DNA of 39,839 bases from Octopus bimaculoides (Eukaryota): NCBI RefSeq assembly GCF_001194135.2, contig NC_068982.1, positions 101,870,102 through 101,909,940 on the forward strand, given 5' to 3'. Positions within the stretch are counted from its first letter, which is position 1. Every line of letters starts with the position of its first letter. The notes beneath the pieces are model-generated. The model was not told the DNA's origin. It did not search any database and saw only the letters and a program-made list of their open reading frames with translations. Below, piece by piece: positions 25,380 through 37,607 of the stretch. A program made the position numbers and the translations under genes.

Positions 25380-25810
25380 GAAAAAACATCACTATTCTCC
25401 CTCGAAATGATTTCGGATTAATACAGAAAATGGAACGTAAAGAGGCAAAATTAAAAGAATGAAAGAGAAAGGGAGAGAGGGGGGAGAAAGGGAGAAGAAT
25501 AAAGAAACAAAAATATTCCAAAATGACCAATGTGAAGGCAAACCAAGTAAAATAGGAAAAAAAAGGAAAATACTTGAGTAATGAAAATCGAAAGAAGGAA
25601 AAGTAAAAATGGAAAGAAAATAAAGAGTAGTAGTAAAAGTGAAGAGAAAGATAGTAAAACATACAAAGAAATGGAGAACTGGGGAAGAATAAATGAAAAT
25701 TAACTGAAAAGACATAAAGATTCAAATGATAGAATACGAGAAAAATATAATGAATGACAGAAAGAACGACAGAATTAAAGAAAATTCTAGAAAGAAATAT
25801 TAGGAAATAT
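25380..25810. repeat. Low-complexity A/G-rich tract
   Basis: The plus strand is dominated by A and G runs; it explains the Phe/Ser/Leu-rich minus-strand ORFs at 25369-25725. Confidence 0.8.
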
Positions 25811-26269
25811 AATTATGAATTAGTCTCTAGGGTGAAAATCAAATTTAGGTAGCGTTAAATTAATTCAGATAAGGTTAACAATTTTAAATTGGTAATTAAA
25901 CTGAAGTCTGTTTCAGGGGCGAAATTTCCCGAATTCTCTTGAACAGTGGCCACACCATTATTGACAAGTTGTGACGGCAGTCATAAAACGCTGTTGTTTT
26001 ATTAAACTATTTATTTATTTATTAAATATTTCTATTGACTTTTCTTTTGTCTATTTGTTATCTCCAACATACCTTCAGCTCTGTCTCTCTCTCCAATGTT
26101 GATTTATCGCTTGGCGAATTTGTTTTTCTCAAATATTTAATCTGTTATTTTCAAATCAACATTTATTTCCCAGACAATATGTATATACGAAATTTTATTA
26201 TATATGTTTACTTGTACACACATACAAATAAACGATTGCGTGTGTCTTTGTACGGAAGTTTATGTATAA

Positions 26270-26297
26270 ATATCTGTATGTATGTATGGATGTGCTT

Positions 26298-26356
<59 letters not shown>

Positions 26357-26500
26357 ATGTACGTATGTGTGTATGTGTGTGCGTGTATGTGTATGTATGA
26401 ATACGTGTATATGGTGTATATACATATATATTATAAATGCGTATATAATATGTGAGTTATGCAATTTACATATATGCTTGTATAATGTACATATCTATAT

Positions 26501-26583
<83 letters not shown>

Positions 26584-26665
26584 GTATGTATATGGACGTA
26601 TGTATGTATAAAACCAAATATATATTAAATATATGTGTTTTGTGTGTGCATGTGTGAGTGTGTAC
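26270..26665. repeat. (TA)n/(TG)n microsatellite block
   Basis: Pure (TA)n runs at about 26300-26354 and 26505-26578. Confidence 0.96.
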
Positions 26666-27769
26666 ATAACATAATATGTGTTTGTGTATATTTAAAACAC
26701 CATTTTTATAACCATACTAACTTTCCATTGTTGGACATTTATTACTTTGCTACTCTAAAATCATGATAGAGTATCAATTTTGTTTTTTTACCTTCATATA
26801 ATATTTATTACAATGTCATTTTATCGATGAGGAGAGATAGGCTCTTGGGACACAAAATTCATGAAGTAGTTTCTCTTCCATACTGGAGATTATGACTTTC
26901 ATTTACGCTGGTAATACACTTGTGGAGGGTATGAACATCATAACTATGACAGCATCTCATTCCCTCCGCCGTAAACAAATTTACGTTACTTTGCTTAAGT
27001 AAGCAAGAAATATTCTTGCTTTGGTCTTCTTTGTTTTATTTTACTTGGTTTGCCATAAATAAAATGATAAAATTGTAGAATATTTGCTATTCCTTTAGTA
27101 ACATACTGGATTGCAATAAGAGAGCAACATGATGACTACACATGCTAGAAATGGGAGAAAAAATCGTTTGTTCATTTAGTACTGTATCATCTTAGAAACA
27201 AAAGGGTACATAATGGATAATGCAATTGTTGGTAGAAGAACCATGGTCACAACTAGAATACCACTTTTTATAGGTTTACGTAATTAGGGAAATAACCAAC
27301 AAGTCAATAGAAACAACGAGAAAACGGAAAGGAAAAAGACAACAGTAAAATAACTGAGCAGCGACCAGAACTACAATCATCTTCCGGTCGGGTGATTTGC
27401 AACCCTTACAGCTAGATGTTCCGATCGAGAGATGCGGCATGAACGTTTGGTTCGGGGCTTAACCACTTTGGTCATTCTCTCGCTGAAGTATCTCATCTGG
27501 GCACGCCACGGCAATCTGGATGGCAGCGAACTTGTTTAATTAGAAAATAATATGTTGCAGTTTTTCTTATGAAATTAAATAATTATTGGAAATAAAAGTT
27601 TATAAAGGTGTGTAAAGAGTGAGTTTTGATGCCACAACATATAGCATATCGTTTCATAAACAAATAAATAGTTTCTCGATTCCTAACCATTCCTTAACTA
27701 ACAAAGAAGCAAAATCAGACACTTGTTCAGAAAGGATTTATTTGTTTAAATATAGAATACAGATATTTA

Positions 27770-28665
27770 CGGTTTTTGCGCGACAATAATTGATGACATC
27801 CGAAACTGGATAATTATATTTGCCACTGACGACAATTTCCGTTTCTTGCTTTCTCCAAATATGTGGTTTATTGATGGAACCTTCCAAGTCGTAATAAGAA
27901 TGTGTCTTACCAGATTTAAACTGTGGTAGTGACGGTGTTTCCTTTTGTATATCGTTTTAATGCAAAATAAGCGAAAAGATAATAATTGGACATTTTACGA
28001 AGGCTCCAAGAAACAACAAAATAAATTTCAGATTGAAAGCACAGAAAGATGACCACCAACCATTATGCTAGATTTAGGACTACGGACTATAAACGCTTAT
28101 CAAAATGTTTCAACGCACTCGAACATATTTATTTCCATTTCATTTTGGATGGTACTGGAAAACTCAAGAAGTAGACCTGAAGATCCAGTGCATTAAAGCG
28201 GATGATGTGATAAAGATATCGACTGACTTTTATTCCACCAGATGACGTTACGGAATCTTTGAGACTATTGTTGAATCACCTGAATAGCGCCAACAATGAA
28301 TAGAAGACACTAATGGAAATTAATTATCATGATAAGAAACTTTATCTGTATAAAACGTATATACCTAAATACTCTGCTTGCAGCATAAGGCAAGAATCAC
28401 CACGGTACGCAAATGAAATATGGAATGATTAAGTCTGAGCAAGCATGGGTGAAGCTACAATTAGTAATTTAAAAAGAATATAGAATATATAGCAAAATGT
28501 TGACGATAGTCAATGCTTTCAGTGTTGGATAATATAAGGATGAAGCAGTGTAACATTGAATCTGAAATACTGTTGCAAAAAATGAGTCACGTGTTAGCAC
28601 AATATCAGGAATTCAAGGAAAATAGTCAAGATTTATTTTACCTAAAAGTAAAAAAAAAAAACCAA
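27770..28665 (+). pseudogene. MULE (Mutator-like) DDE transposase remnant
   Basis: WIIIFATDDNFRFLLSPNMWFIDGTFQVV (cf. RILIFATxxNLxxL...WxxDGTFK), LYIVLMQNK, PPTIMLDLGLRTINAYQNV (cf. PxxIxxDFExAxINAxxxVF), LTFIPPDDV, YLYKTYI...PRYANEIWN, and a C-terminal VLAQY...LFYLK. There are multiple stops and frameshifts. Confidence 0.85.
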
Positions 28666-29729
28666 TGTATGCAATTTTCTTGTATCAGCATATAAATGTT
28701 CCTTATCACGTATTTATCATATCATACAGCTGGTTTTCATCCCGTTGTCCTGCATAATAAGATATATATCGATAATTATATCAATAACGTTTTATAATTC
28801 TTTCTTATAATAAATAGTCTTGGAAAAAAAAATACTTGCAGTTGCACAGCAACTGTTCCATCGATTTACTTTCATTATTAAATACATTTTGTTCTATCAA
28901 TGCAACCACATACACTGACACGTCTGTCACCTGTGTTCATTTATAGTGAAGAATATATTCCGAACAACGGAAAATATCAGCAGCTTTAATAATGCACGAC
29001 ATCTTTTCCATGATAGGTTGGTTTTGTGTCGCTAACACTCTAAATGTAATGTGTGCTAAAAAAGAAACGACAGAGGCAAAGGCTGACCAAGGAAATGAAA
29101 ATATTGAACGAACGAATGTATTCAATAATAAAAGTAAATAGATGGTACTTGTATGGCAAAGTAGCTCCAGAAATTACTTATCATACAAGAAATAAAGGAC
29201 TATTGTAGCTCAATTGTTATACATGCATTTTTTGAATATCAATTGCGGTACAAAATTTCATTAAAAAATAAAAATAAATGGAAATGAGTGCTTGGAGTTT
29301 TATTTTTAACGATAATATGGTATTAATAGGATTTTGTGATTTGTTTCATCAGTTGTTGTATCGTAACTAGTTGTCCGGTTATCTCCCTCTTCTGGTAGCC
29401 ATTGGCTAGTCATCGGCTTCCGGCTATGTCACCGTCTTTCAGCTACGCCACCTGTCGGCTATGAGGATAGAACGTAGGGGGTTATCTACCACTCTAATCA
29501 GTAATCAATTTCCAGCTGTGGTGTAAATATTATCGCTGATACTGCTATTATCATTATTATACAGTTCGCAAATCGCTAATAGGAATTTCCTGAAATGCAA
29601 GCACGGCCGAAAAATCTCCGTTCTGGAGTTCAGTATGTTCCCTGGTACGTACGAGATTTTCAGGATTTTGATGCATTCGGCTACGCATAGCCTGCAGCTT
29701 TTTTGTGTCTGTATTTGTTCACCCACCAT

Positions 29730-29912
29730 CACTTGGCATCCCGTATTGGTGTGTCTACGTCCCTGTAACATAGCGGTTCAGCCAAAAGACCGATATAGTA
29801 AGTACTAGGCTTAAAAATAAATCATGGGGGTCGAATAATTTGACGTAACTCTTTCAAGGTGGTGATCCAGCATGGACGCAGTCAGATGACTGTAACAAGT
29901 AAAATAATAAAT
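29730..29912 (+). mobile_element. SINE 3' half (same family as 36651-37075)
   Basis: GTCCCTGTAACATAGCGGTTCAGCCAAAAGACCGATATAGTAAGTACTAGGCTT...GGGGTCGA...CCAGCATGGACGCAGTC matches about 36920-37045. Confidence 0.85.
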
Positions 29913-29920
29913 ATATATAT

Positions 29921-30240
29921 NNNNNNNNNNNNNNNNNNNNNNNNNNNNNNNNNNNNNNNNNNNNNNNNNNNNNNNNNNNNNNNNNNNNNNNNNNNNNNNN
30001 NNNNNNNNNNNNNNNNNNNNNNNNNNNNNNNNNNNNNNNNNNNNNNNNNNNNNNNNNNNNNNNNNNNNNNNNNNNNNNNNNNNNNNNNNNNNNNNNNNNN
30101 NNNNNNNNNNNNNNNNNNNNNNNNNNNNNNNNNNNNNNNNNNNNNNNNNNNNNNNNNNNNNNNNNNNNNNNNNNNNNNNNNNNNNNNNNNNNNNNNNNNN
30201 NNNNNNNNNNNNNNNNNNNNNNNNNNNNNNNNNNNNNNNN
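29921..30240. other. Assembly gap (320 N)
   Basis: Run of N flanked by (TA)-rich repeats. Confidence 1.
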
Positions 30241-30262
30241 TATGTATATATGTACATACACT

Positions 30263-30302
<40 letters not shown>

Positions 30303-30341
30303 CATATATACATATACATATATATAATTAATAAGTCTTAG

Positions 30342-30510
30342 GGTGGTGGTGGTGATTTTGGTGGTGGTTTTGGTGGTGGTGGTGGTAACGGAAGAAAGGG
30401 CCCCTTTCGGTCACGAATAATCATGGGATTACACCTAAAATGTTCCCCTCCGAGGTACAAGTCCGTGAACGATTGTTCGTGAAAGACCAGCATACCAGCC
30501 TCCCCTCTCC
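30342..30510 (-). mobile_element. SINE/LINE 3'-end fragment with an (ACC)n simple-repeat tail
   Basis: Paralog of 12044-12135. The (GGT)n at 30342-30386 lies where a 3' tail would be on the minus strand. Confidence 0.7.
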
Positions 30511-31499
30511 TCGCCACCGATGTTGTTTACATAAAATGATGAGGGAAAGAAAGGGAGGGTTGGTGAAAATGCGATAGACACTATACATAGTATCCAAAAC
30601 ATGTGAACTCACAGTGAATTCACAGATGATGCAGTCCTCTTGATGCAGGAGATCTTCCAACCAGAGTCAATCATAGAATCCCACAGATCTTGGTTCATTC
30701 TGATTACCGATGGCACAATTCCTAGTCCAGCAATTGTTATTCAATCTACAGGCGCATGCGTAGAGTAGTTCCATTCCCTTTGGCCATATTTTCCCACAGT
30801 CCCATATGGTTTAACAAATTCACTGGGGATTGTCGATTTAATACACGATACCTTTGAATCAGAATATGCATCCTTGCCCTAGAATGATTATAACACAGTA
30901 ACCAAGTAAATAATGCTCAAGGTAGATACCTAGTTTTATTCCTTTACAATTTTACTAATGCCATCCAGTAAGCTCGATGCCGTCATGCTGGGCATAGCAT
31001 TATCATTTCCAGCTTCAGGCGTCACCTCCTTTTATCAAGAAATACACTTATCTTTATTACACTGGCGAAAAAACACTTTAAGTCTCAATAAGAAATCAAT
31101 ATTAACATTGCTGTTTGTTTTCATTTGAGGTACTTCTTTTTGTTTTATTGTTTGTACTTTTATTTATTTTTATTTTTTGCTTGTTTCTTAACGCGATGTT
31201 TTGTTTTTGTTGTGGTTAAAGTTACTTTATCTTCATTTATCAGTCTCATTCGCGTTGTTTCTACTGTAAACTTCTTTAGACGTATCTTAAGAAAAGTTTC
31301 TGTGTAAAGTTTAAAATAATGACAATTATAAGTGGATCTTTATTATTAGAATATATAGACTACGCCGGAACACAGTTTCTACAAGAAAGTTGACTCGCTG
31401 ATTCAATTATCAGTCGGTGGCACAAAGATATTGGCCTGGATAATTTATATTACAATTTAGTAATTAGTATTTAGTACAAGTTCACTGAACATCAATTTA

Positions 31500-31777
31500 A
31501 ACAATATATAAGTGTGTGTGTGTGCGCGTGTGTGTGCGCGCATGTGTGTGTGTGCGTGTGTGATTGAGTGTATATATGTGTGTAAGTATTGGTCTGTCTT
31601 CGTGCGTGTATGTGCGATTATAGACATACATATGTAAATATGTATATGCGTGTGTGTATATATACATATATATACACGTGTATATATACACATGTATATG
31701 CATATACATATATAGTCTTGTACATTCAGACGAATATGTATATATATATGTGTGTGCGTTTGTGTGTATTCACGACA

Positions 31778-31814
<37 letters not shown>

Positions 31815-31894
31815 TCACACACGCACACACAAACACACACATATATATACCCACAAACATATATATATAAATATATATATGTATATATACACAC

Positions 31895-31927
<33 letters not shown>

Positions 31928-31940
31928 TGAGTGTGTATGT
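31500..31940. repeat. (TG)n/(TA)n/(CA)n compound microsatellite
   Basis: Directly visible. Confidence 0.95.
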
Positions 31941-31989
31941 ATTATTTAGCAAAGTGCGTAAATAAAGCCGAGTAACTTAGAACTTTCCT

Positions 31990-32315
31990 TCGCCATCATT
32001 TAGTCGTGAGTTCGATCCTATTGCATGACATCTTAGGCAAATGTCTTTTACCATAGCCTCGTGCTTACACATGTCTCGCCAATGAACGTCTGTCGTCGGC
32101 AATTTCATGGAAGCTTGTTGGACGCAGTGTAATTCGAAAGGTCGACTGTGTCACACCGTCTCCTTGATTCTGGTTGCACTTTAAGTTCAGGATACAAGCG
32201 TTTTGGGGATACACCTCCAACTTCAGTACAGATGACTGAGTGAAGAGTAGAGCTGATTGAGTAACTGAAATACCCTTCTTCGTCGAAACCGACAGAGGTC
32301 CATTTCCATTTTAGA
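31990..32315 (+). mobile_element. Degenerate SINE remnants
   Basis: GTGAGTTCGATCCTATTGCATGACATCTTAGGCAAATGTCTTTTACCATAGCCTC resembles the head of the 36651 copy, and 32140-32310 resembles the tail of the 17545 copy. Confidence 0.6.
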
Positions 32316-33279
32316 TGTCAAAATTAACATCATAGAAGCAATAAACAGAGATTTTCGCTTCTCAGCAAAACAATAAATTTAATTAAATTATCTTCACAAC
32401 CACTTTATATTATTTCTTCATATTAATAACGCCGAATGGATTAAACAGTTTTACACAATTTATATACAAACTTCAGTTCATTTTGTAAAATCCGAAGTAT
32501 TTCTTGAAATTCATTTATTTCTATTATCTTACACGTCACCTAACATCTCTCACTGTATATTATCCTCGGGTAGACTAACAGGAGAGCCGCCATGTAATTG
32601 CTGCAGTCGCTAGAAGTAGCCACTAGATTTTTTTATAAACTATATCCTCCTGTCTTGAAAAAACCAGGAGGGGTAAATTCGATAATATAGATTGCAAAAT
32701 GACGTTATAAAGTATGACCTGTTTAACACCAATCCTTAGCGCCTTGGGAGCTTTTAGTGGAGTCTACTTTGTACATACGTTCGGATCAGGCTACTTGGTT
32801 GAAGATGCTTTCTTCTTTCTCTACCACTTGTCACTGATGTCCTGTAAATTATCATGGGGACTGCATTTCCGTCCTGACTAAAATAATGTTTTTTCCCTAA
32901 ACATACGCTATTCGTCGGTGTATAACAGAAAAAAGCCGTTCGATGATTAGAACTAGAACTTCAATTCTGAGATGGGGCGGACATTTGACTCTCTCTCCTT
33001 ATATATTTTTCTTCACTTATGCATCTGTTGCGTTGCTCTTATGAAAGAAATGACTGTTAACTTAATGCATTTTTCACTTGTGAAATTTTGTTGCAATGTA
33101 ATGTGAAGCTCTACATCTGATTCAGATCACAAAGGGTATTTAAAAATATTAACCCCAATACAGGTAGATGTTAATGTTACTATTCAAACTGTGATCTTGT
33201 TATATACAACAGAAAATTGCTAAAGAAGCTCCAGCACCGAGTTTGATTTCGAAGATGATGAAATGCATACTAGTAATAT

Positions 33280-33613
33280 AATCCTTTCTACTAAAGGCAC
33301 AAAGCCTGAATTGTGTGGGAGGAGACTAGTCAATTACATCGAACCCAATGTTTTACTGGTACTTAATTTATCGCTCCAGAAAGGCAAGGAATTTCAACTC
33401 AGAACGCGAAGTCGGACGAAATGCCGCTAAACATTTTGCCCGGCGTGCTAACGATTCTGCCAGCTAGCCACCTTGACATATTCTTTTCTATTCTAGGCAG
33501 AAGGCCCGAAATCTTTGGGGAGAGAACAAGTCGATTAGATCGACCCCAGTACGCAACTAGTACTTAATTTATCGACCCCGAAAGGATGAAAAGCAAAGTC
33601 GATCTCACTGCCT
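33280..33613 (-). mobile_element. Two adjacent tRNA-derived SINE copies (third family): 33280-33474 and 33480-33613
   Basis: Both start CTTT(C)TA.T..AGGCA.AA.GCC.GAA and share the ATCGA.CCCA.T...ACT.GTACTTAATTTATCG core. The first ends in the reverse complement of the head seen at 33828. Confidence 0.85.
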
Positions 33614-33827
33614 TAACATATTAGTAATATAATGCGAAGAAAATAAATTGTCAAACTCCACCAATATAGACCGTGATTATTATCAATAATACTCATTATT
33701 ATTGTCGGACGGAGATGTAGCAGTAGAGTTGGTAGAACCTCGACCAAAATACTCTGCATTTATGTGCTCAAATACTGCTGAGGTTGATAAAATAATCTTA
33801 CACTTGATCATTATTACCAACAGAACG

Positions 33828-33996
33828 AAGGCGGCCAGTTGGCAGAAACGTTAGCACACCGGGTAAAATGCTTAGCGGCATTTCGTCCGTCTTTTAGTTC
33901 TAAGATCACATTCCACTGCGGTCGACTTTACCTTTTATCCTTTCGCAGTCGATAAAATAATTGGGATTGATTTTATTGAATTTTCCCCTCTCCAAC
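33828..33996 (+). mobile_element. tRNA-derived SINE (third family), inverted relative to 33280-33474
   Basis: AAGGCGGCCAGTTGGCAGAAACGTTAGCAC...CTTAGCGGCATTTCGTCCGTC; its reverse complement matches 33411-33474 at 56 of 64 positions. Confidence 0.88.
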
Positions 33997-34029
33997 AGAA
34001 CACGTTAATAATTATGAGATAATTATTAA

Positions 34030-34195
34030 CATGTCCATTTACCTTCTGATTTCAAATTCAACGAAAGTCGCATTTCGCTTTCTTCCTTCGACGGTTACTA
34101 AAGTAAGAACAGGTCATTTACTATGACTGATGGTAAATAACTAAACTCATCCTGCATGAATTTATTAACTTGTGCCAATTTGTATATCATTATTA
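34030..34195 (+). mobile_element. Degenerate SINE 3' fragment
   Basis: TTCTGATTTCAAATTCAACGAAAGTCGCATTTCGCTTTCTTCCTTCGACGG resembles 33897-33950. Confidence 0.5.
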
Positions 34196-34619
34196 TTAAT
34201 GCCATCAAGAGACCTGCATGAAACAAAGTCAAGGCTTGGAACATCTATCTATATTGTATATATAAATATATACATACAAACGAGCGTGGATGCATTATGT
34301 GCATGTATATACATTTGTATAAATCTCTACAAATCATCTTTGATTAACCGATAAGAAATACTTCAGTCTTTAGGGTATAGAAGAGATGTTCATGTTCATC
34401 TTATATCGTATTATGTTAATGAAAAAGTTTCTTTCGTTCAAATTTAAATAGAATCCATTTCTCCGGTGCTAAAGGTCAATTTTCTCATGTATTGCCATAT
34501 AATCGATGGGAAACTGACTAAATTTGTTCTCTGGGGGAGGGTTTGTTTTACATGGACAAGCATCCTACTAGCTCATGGGTTGGTTGGCATAATGCGAGAG
34601 TTGAGATGGCAGGGCAATA

Positions 34620-34686
34620 CCGATATACATACATGTATATATATAATATATGATATATATATATTGCATACATTCAAGCACAGATA

Positions 34687-34731
<45 letters not shown>

Positions 34732-34893
34732 GTATACCTTTGTGTGCGTGTGCAGAGAAGAGGAAGAAAGAGAGAGAGGGGAGGGTGAGAGAGAAGGCTG
34801 AAGAATACTCCTATAGAGAACGAAGCGGCAAATACGGAGTGAGTAAAGGGAAAAGGAAAATATGCATGCACACAGTATACATGCATGCATGCT

Positions 34894-34930
<37 letters not shown>

Positions 34931-35030
34931 CAGATAGATAGATAGATAGATAGATAGATAGTAGCAAGAACGAAAGAAAGAATGAACGAGAGTTTGAAAG
35001 AAAGAAAGAAAGAAAGAAACGAAGAGAGGT
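34620..35030. repeat. (TA)n, (AG)n, (GATA)n and (GAAA)n microsatellites
   Basis: Directly visible. Confidence 0.93.
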
Positions 35031-36489
35031 CATTGAAAGGAGAAACAAAGTGAAATTAAATTGGAAAGAGTTCAATCCTTCGTATCATTATCGAGTGTTC
35101 AATAGAGCAAATAACAAAGTTATTGACTTCTCAGTTAATTGCATTTATCTCATAAGCGCTAGACTGACCTGTATCGCGAGGAAGGCCAAAGTGATAGAAA
35201 AGTTCATAGGCGATGGGAGGGGGTCATCCAGTGACCGAATCGATCTTTCTTAATCGCTTTTCTTTTATCATAATCTCCATTGTTTCAAAATGCATCCCAA
35301 GGTATTGATATTGCATTACTTTTTGTTTAATTTAGATACACATACTAACAGCTTTGTAAACTTTAAAAATAACTATTACATATATGAGGCTAATTTTGCA
35401 TCGCCGCGAATGCAGCTGATGAGTCCTGTTCGGGAATGAGCTTTTGTTGGAAAGTTAGCTAATTGAGCAAACAGGGAAGAGAGTGAACGAAAGAAAGAGA
35501 ATGTGAGAGAGGACACATAGGATCTAACCATTGAGACCTGCAACTGAAGTTTTGTGAAAAGCGAAACCTGTATTTTTGGATTTTGAAAAAAATATTTTTG
35601 CCCCCTTGTACAGACACACACACACACATACACACACAAACAAACAAACAAATATATATATGAAATACTGGTAAGAATTTAACACTGCAGTACTGCATGC
35701 GATTTTATTGACTACATTCTTTGGAAAAGCATGTTGTTTTGAGCCAATTTTTAGAATCATTATGACTTGAGGAATCTCTTATGTAGCTGCTCACCTTATT
35801 AGAATTAGGAACCAAATATCCACCAAAGCAAAGCTTATAGTCTTAAATAGGAAAAGGTGACATGAAATTACCAAGTACTACCTTCCCCTCAAACAACAGC
35901 ATGGCAACAGCTGTGACATCTTTAGGGACAGAGTTACTCATCTTGCTTGACCTAGGGAATAACAAAAAGAATCAAATTTTAATTTCACAGTAAAAGAGTG
36001 CATGTAGAAATCAGTAGAGTGCCTCAAAATACTTTATGGAACATAATTAAGTCTATTCACATTCTGAGTTTAGTACAACTGAAGTCGATACTGTGCTTTA
36101 TCATTATTAGATCGATAATTCCAATACCTGTCAATTAAAAAGGACCTTTTGTTTTATTCGTCTGCTCACCTCTAAACTTTCTAACGTATTTTTATAATGT
36201 TAGATAACAGTATTTTATTTAACTCTTTAAAAGCAAAAATCGCAAATCGCCTGGTTCATAAGGATCATTGCATACAAATGAAGTGATAGCACCACGTTTT
36301 CTCTTTCTTCCCCACTCTCAGACGAACAATAAGTCCCAACTTATTTGATATTTTGCAGCAATTAATCTTCTTTATATCTTCGATATACTCTTCCATTCCA
36401 GAACCAGCCTAGCGATCGTTGAATCGTTCCTTGGAACTGATAGTGAGCTGCATCTGTCGAGTAGCTAGCTGTATATACATTAGGTATTC

Positions 36490-36645
36490 GTTTGTTTACG
36501 TTTACGTAACTTAGCAGCTCGACAAGAGCGACTGATAAACTAAATAACATACTTCAAAAATAAGTACTGGGGTGAAGCCCTTCATGGTGTTGCTCTAATA
36601 AGGCAGCACTCCAATGACCTAAAGAAGTAAATGGTAAAAGGTAAA
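36490..36645 (+). mobile_element. Degenerate SINE 3' half
   Basis: CGTAACTTAGCAGCTCGACAAGAGCGACTGATAAAC...AATAAGTACTGGGGT resembles 36925-36995. Confidence 0.6.
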
Positions 36646-36650
36646 TATAC

Positions 36651-36809
36651 AGGCGTGGTTGTGTGGTAAGAAGCTTACTTTCCAACCACATGGTTCTGGG
36701 TTCAGTCTCACTGCGTAGGACCTTGGGTAAGAGTCTTCTACTATAGCCTCGAGCCGATCATATCCTTGTTAGTATATTTGGTTGATAGAAACTGAAAGAA
36801 GCTCGTCGT

Positions 36810-36847
<38 letters not shown>

Positions 36848-37075
36848 TTATATGAGTGTGTGACTGTGTATGTGTTTATCCTCCCCTCATCGCTTGACAA
36901 CCGATGTTGGTGTGTTTATGTCCTTGTAACTTCGTGTTCGGCAAAAAGAGCCCGGTAGAATAAGCACTAGGGTTACAAAACATAAGTCCTGGGGTCGAAT
37001 TCTTCGATTAAAACCCTTTTAGGCGGTACCCCAACGTGGTCGCTCTCAAATAAATAAGACATGTAAAAGAATACC
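36651..37075 (+). mobile_element. Near full-length tRNA-derived SINE with internal (TG)n
   Basis: Head AGGCGTGGTTGTGTGGTAAGAAGCTT...GGGTTCAGTCTCACTGCG, then GAAACTGAAAGAAGCTCGTCG, (TG)n at about 36808-36843, and a 3' half TAACTT...TTCGGCAAAAAGAG...AATAAGTCCTGGGGTCGA...AGGCGGTACCCCAACGTGGTCGC. Both halves recur separately in this window. Confidence 0.9.
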
Positions 37076-37559
37076 TGTCTAGTTACATTTACTTGAGATG
37101 ATTGCAGGTCTGAGCCCTAAATATCGAGCATAAGCTGTAACAACGAAATGGAGAACTATATTAATGATCAGTTTTTTTTTTGCTTCTTTTTCGAAACTAT
37201 CCCTATTAGAATCAACACATACCCCATGAGAGGTAATTGCAAGAAAAACAGATGTTCAGAGGGAAATGCTCAGGTTAAATTGCAGTAAAGAGAAAAATAA
37301 ATGTAAAACAAAATAGAAAAAACAAAGACAATGAAAACATCTTGTACTAAAAGACATTTCAAAGTTTGTAGTTTCATTCTGTCCCATGAGTGAAAGGCAG
37401 AAAATACTTTACATTGAGTTACAAAGACACATGCATGAAATAAACAAGAAAACAAACTAATAGCACACATTCTTTTGTATACAAAATTTAGTGTATATAA
37501 ATATCTGTCAGTGTGAACATACATAAATACATACATACAGATATAAATATATACATACA

Positions 37560-37607
<48 letters not shown>

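Noticed and set aside
29811-30341. Long ORFs containing X runs (also 37513-38409)
   Set aside because: Artefacts of N gaps.
30560-30920. VGKYGQREWN on the minus strand resembling a LINE apurinic endonuclease motif
   Set aside because: The neighbouring GDFN and DH motifs were not found; too weak to call.
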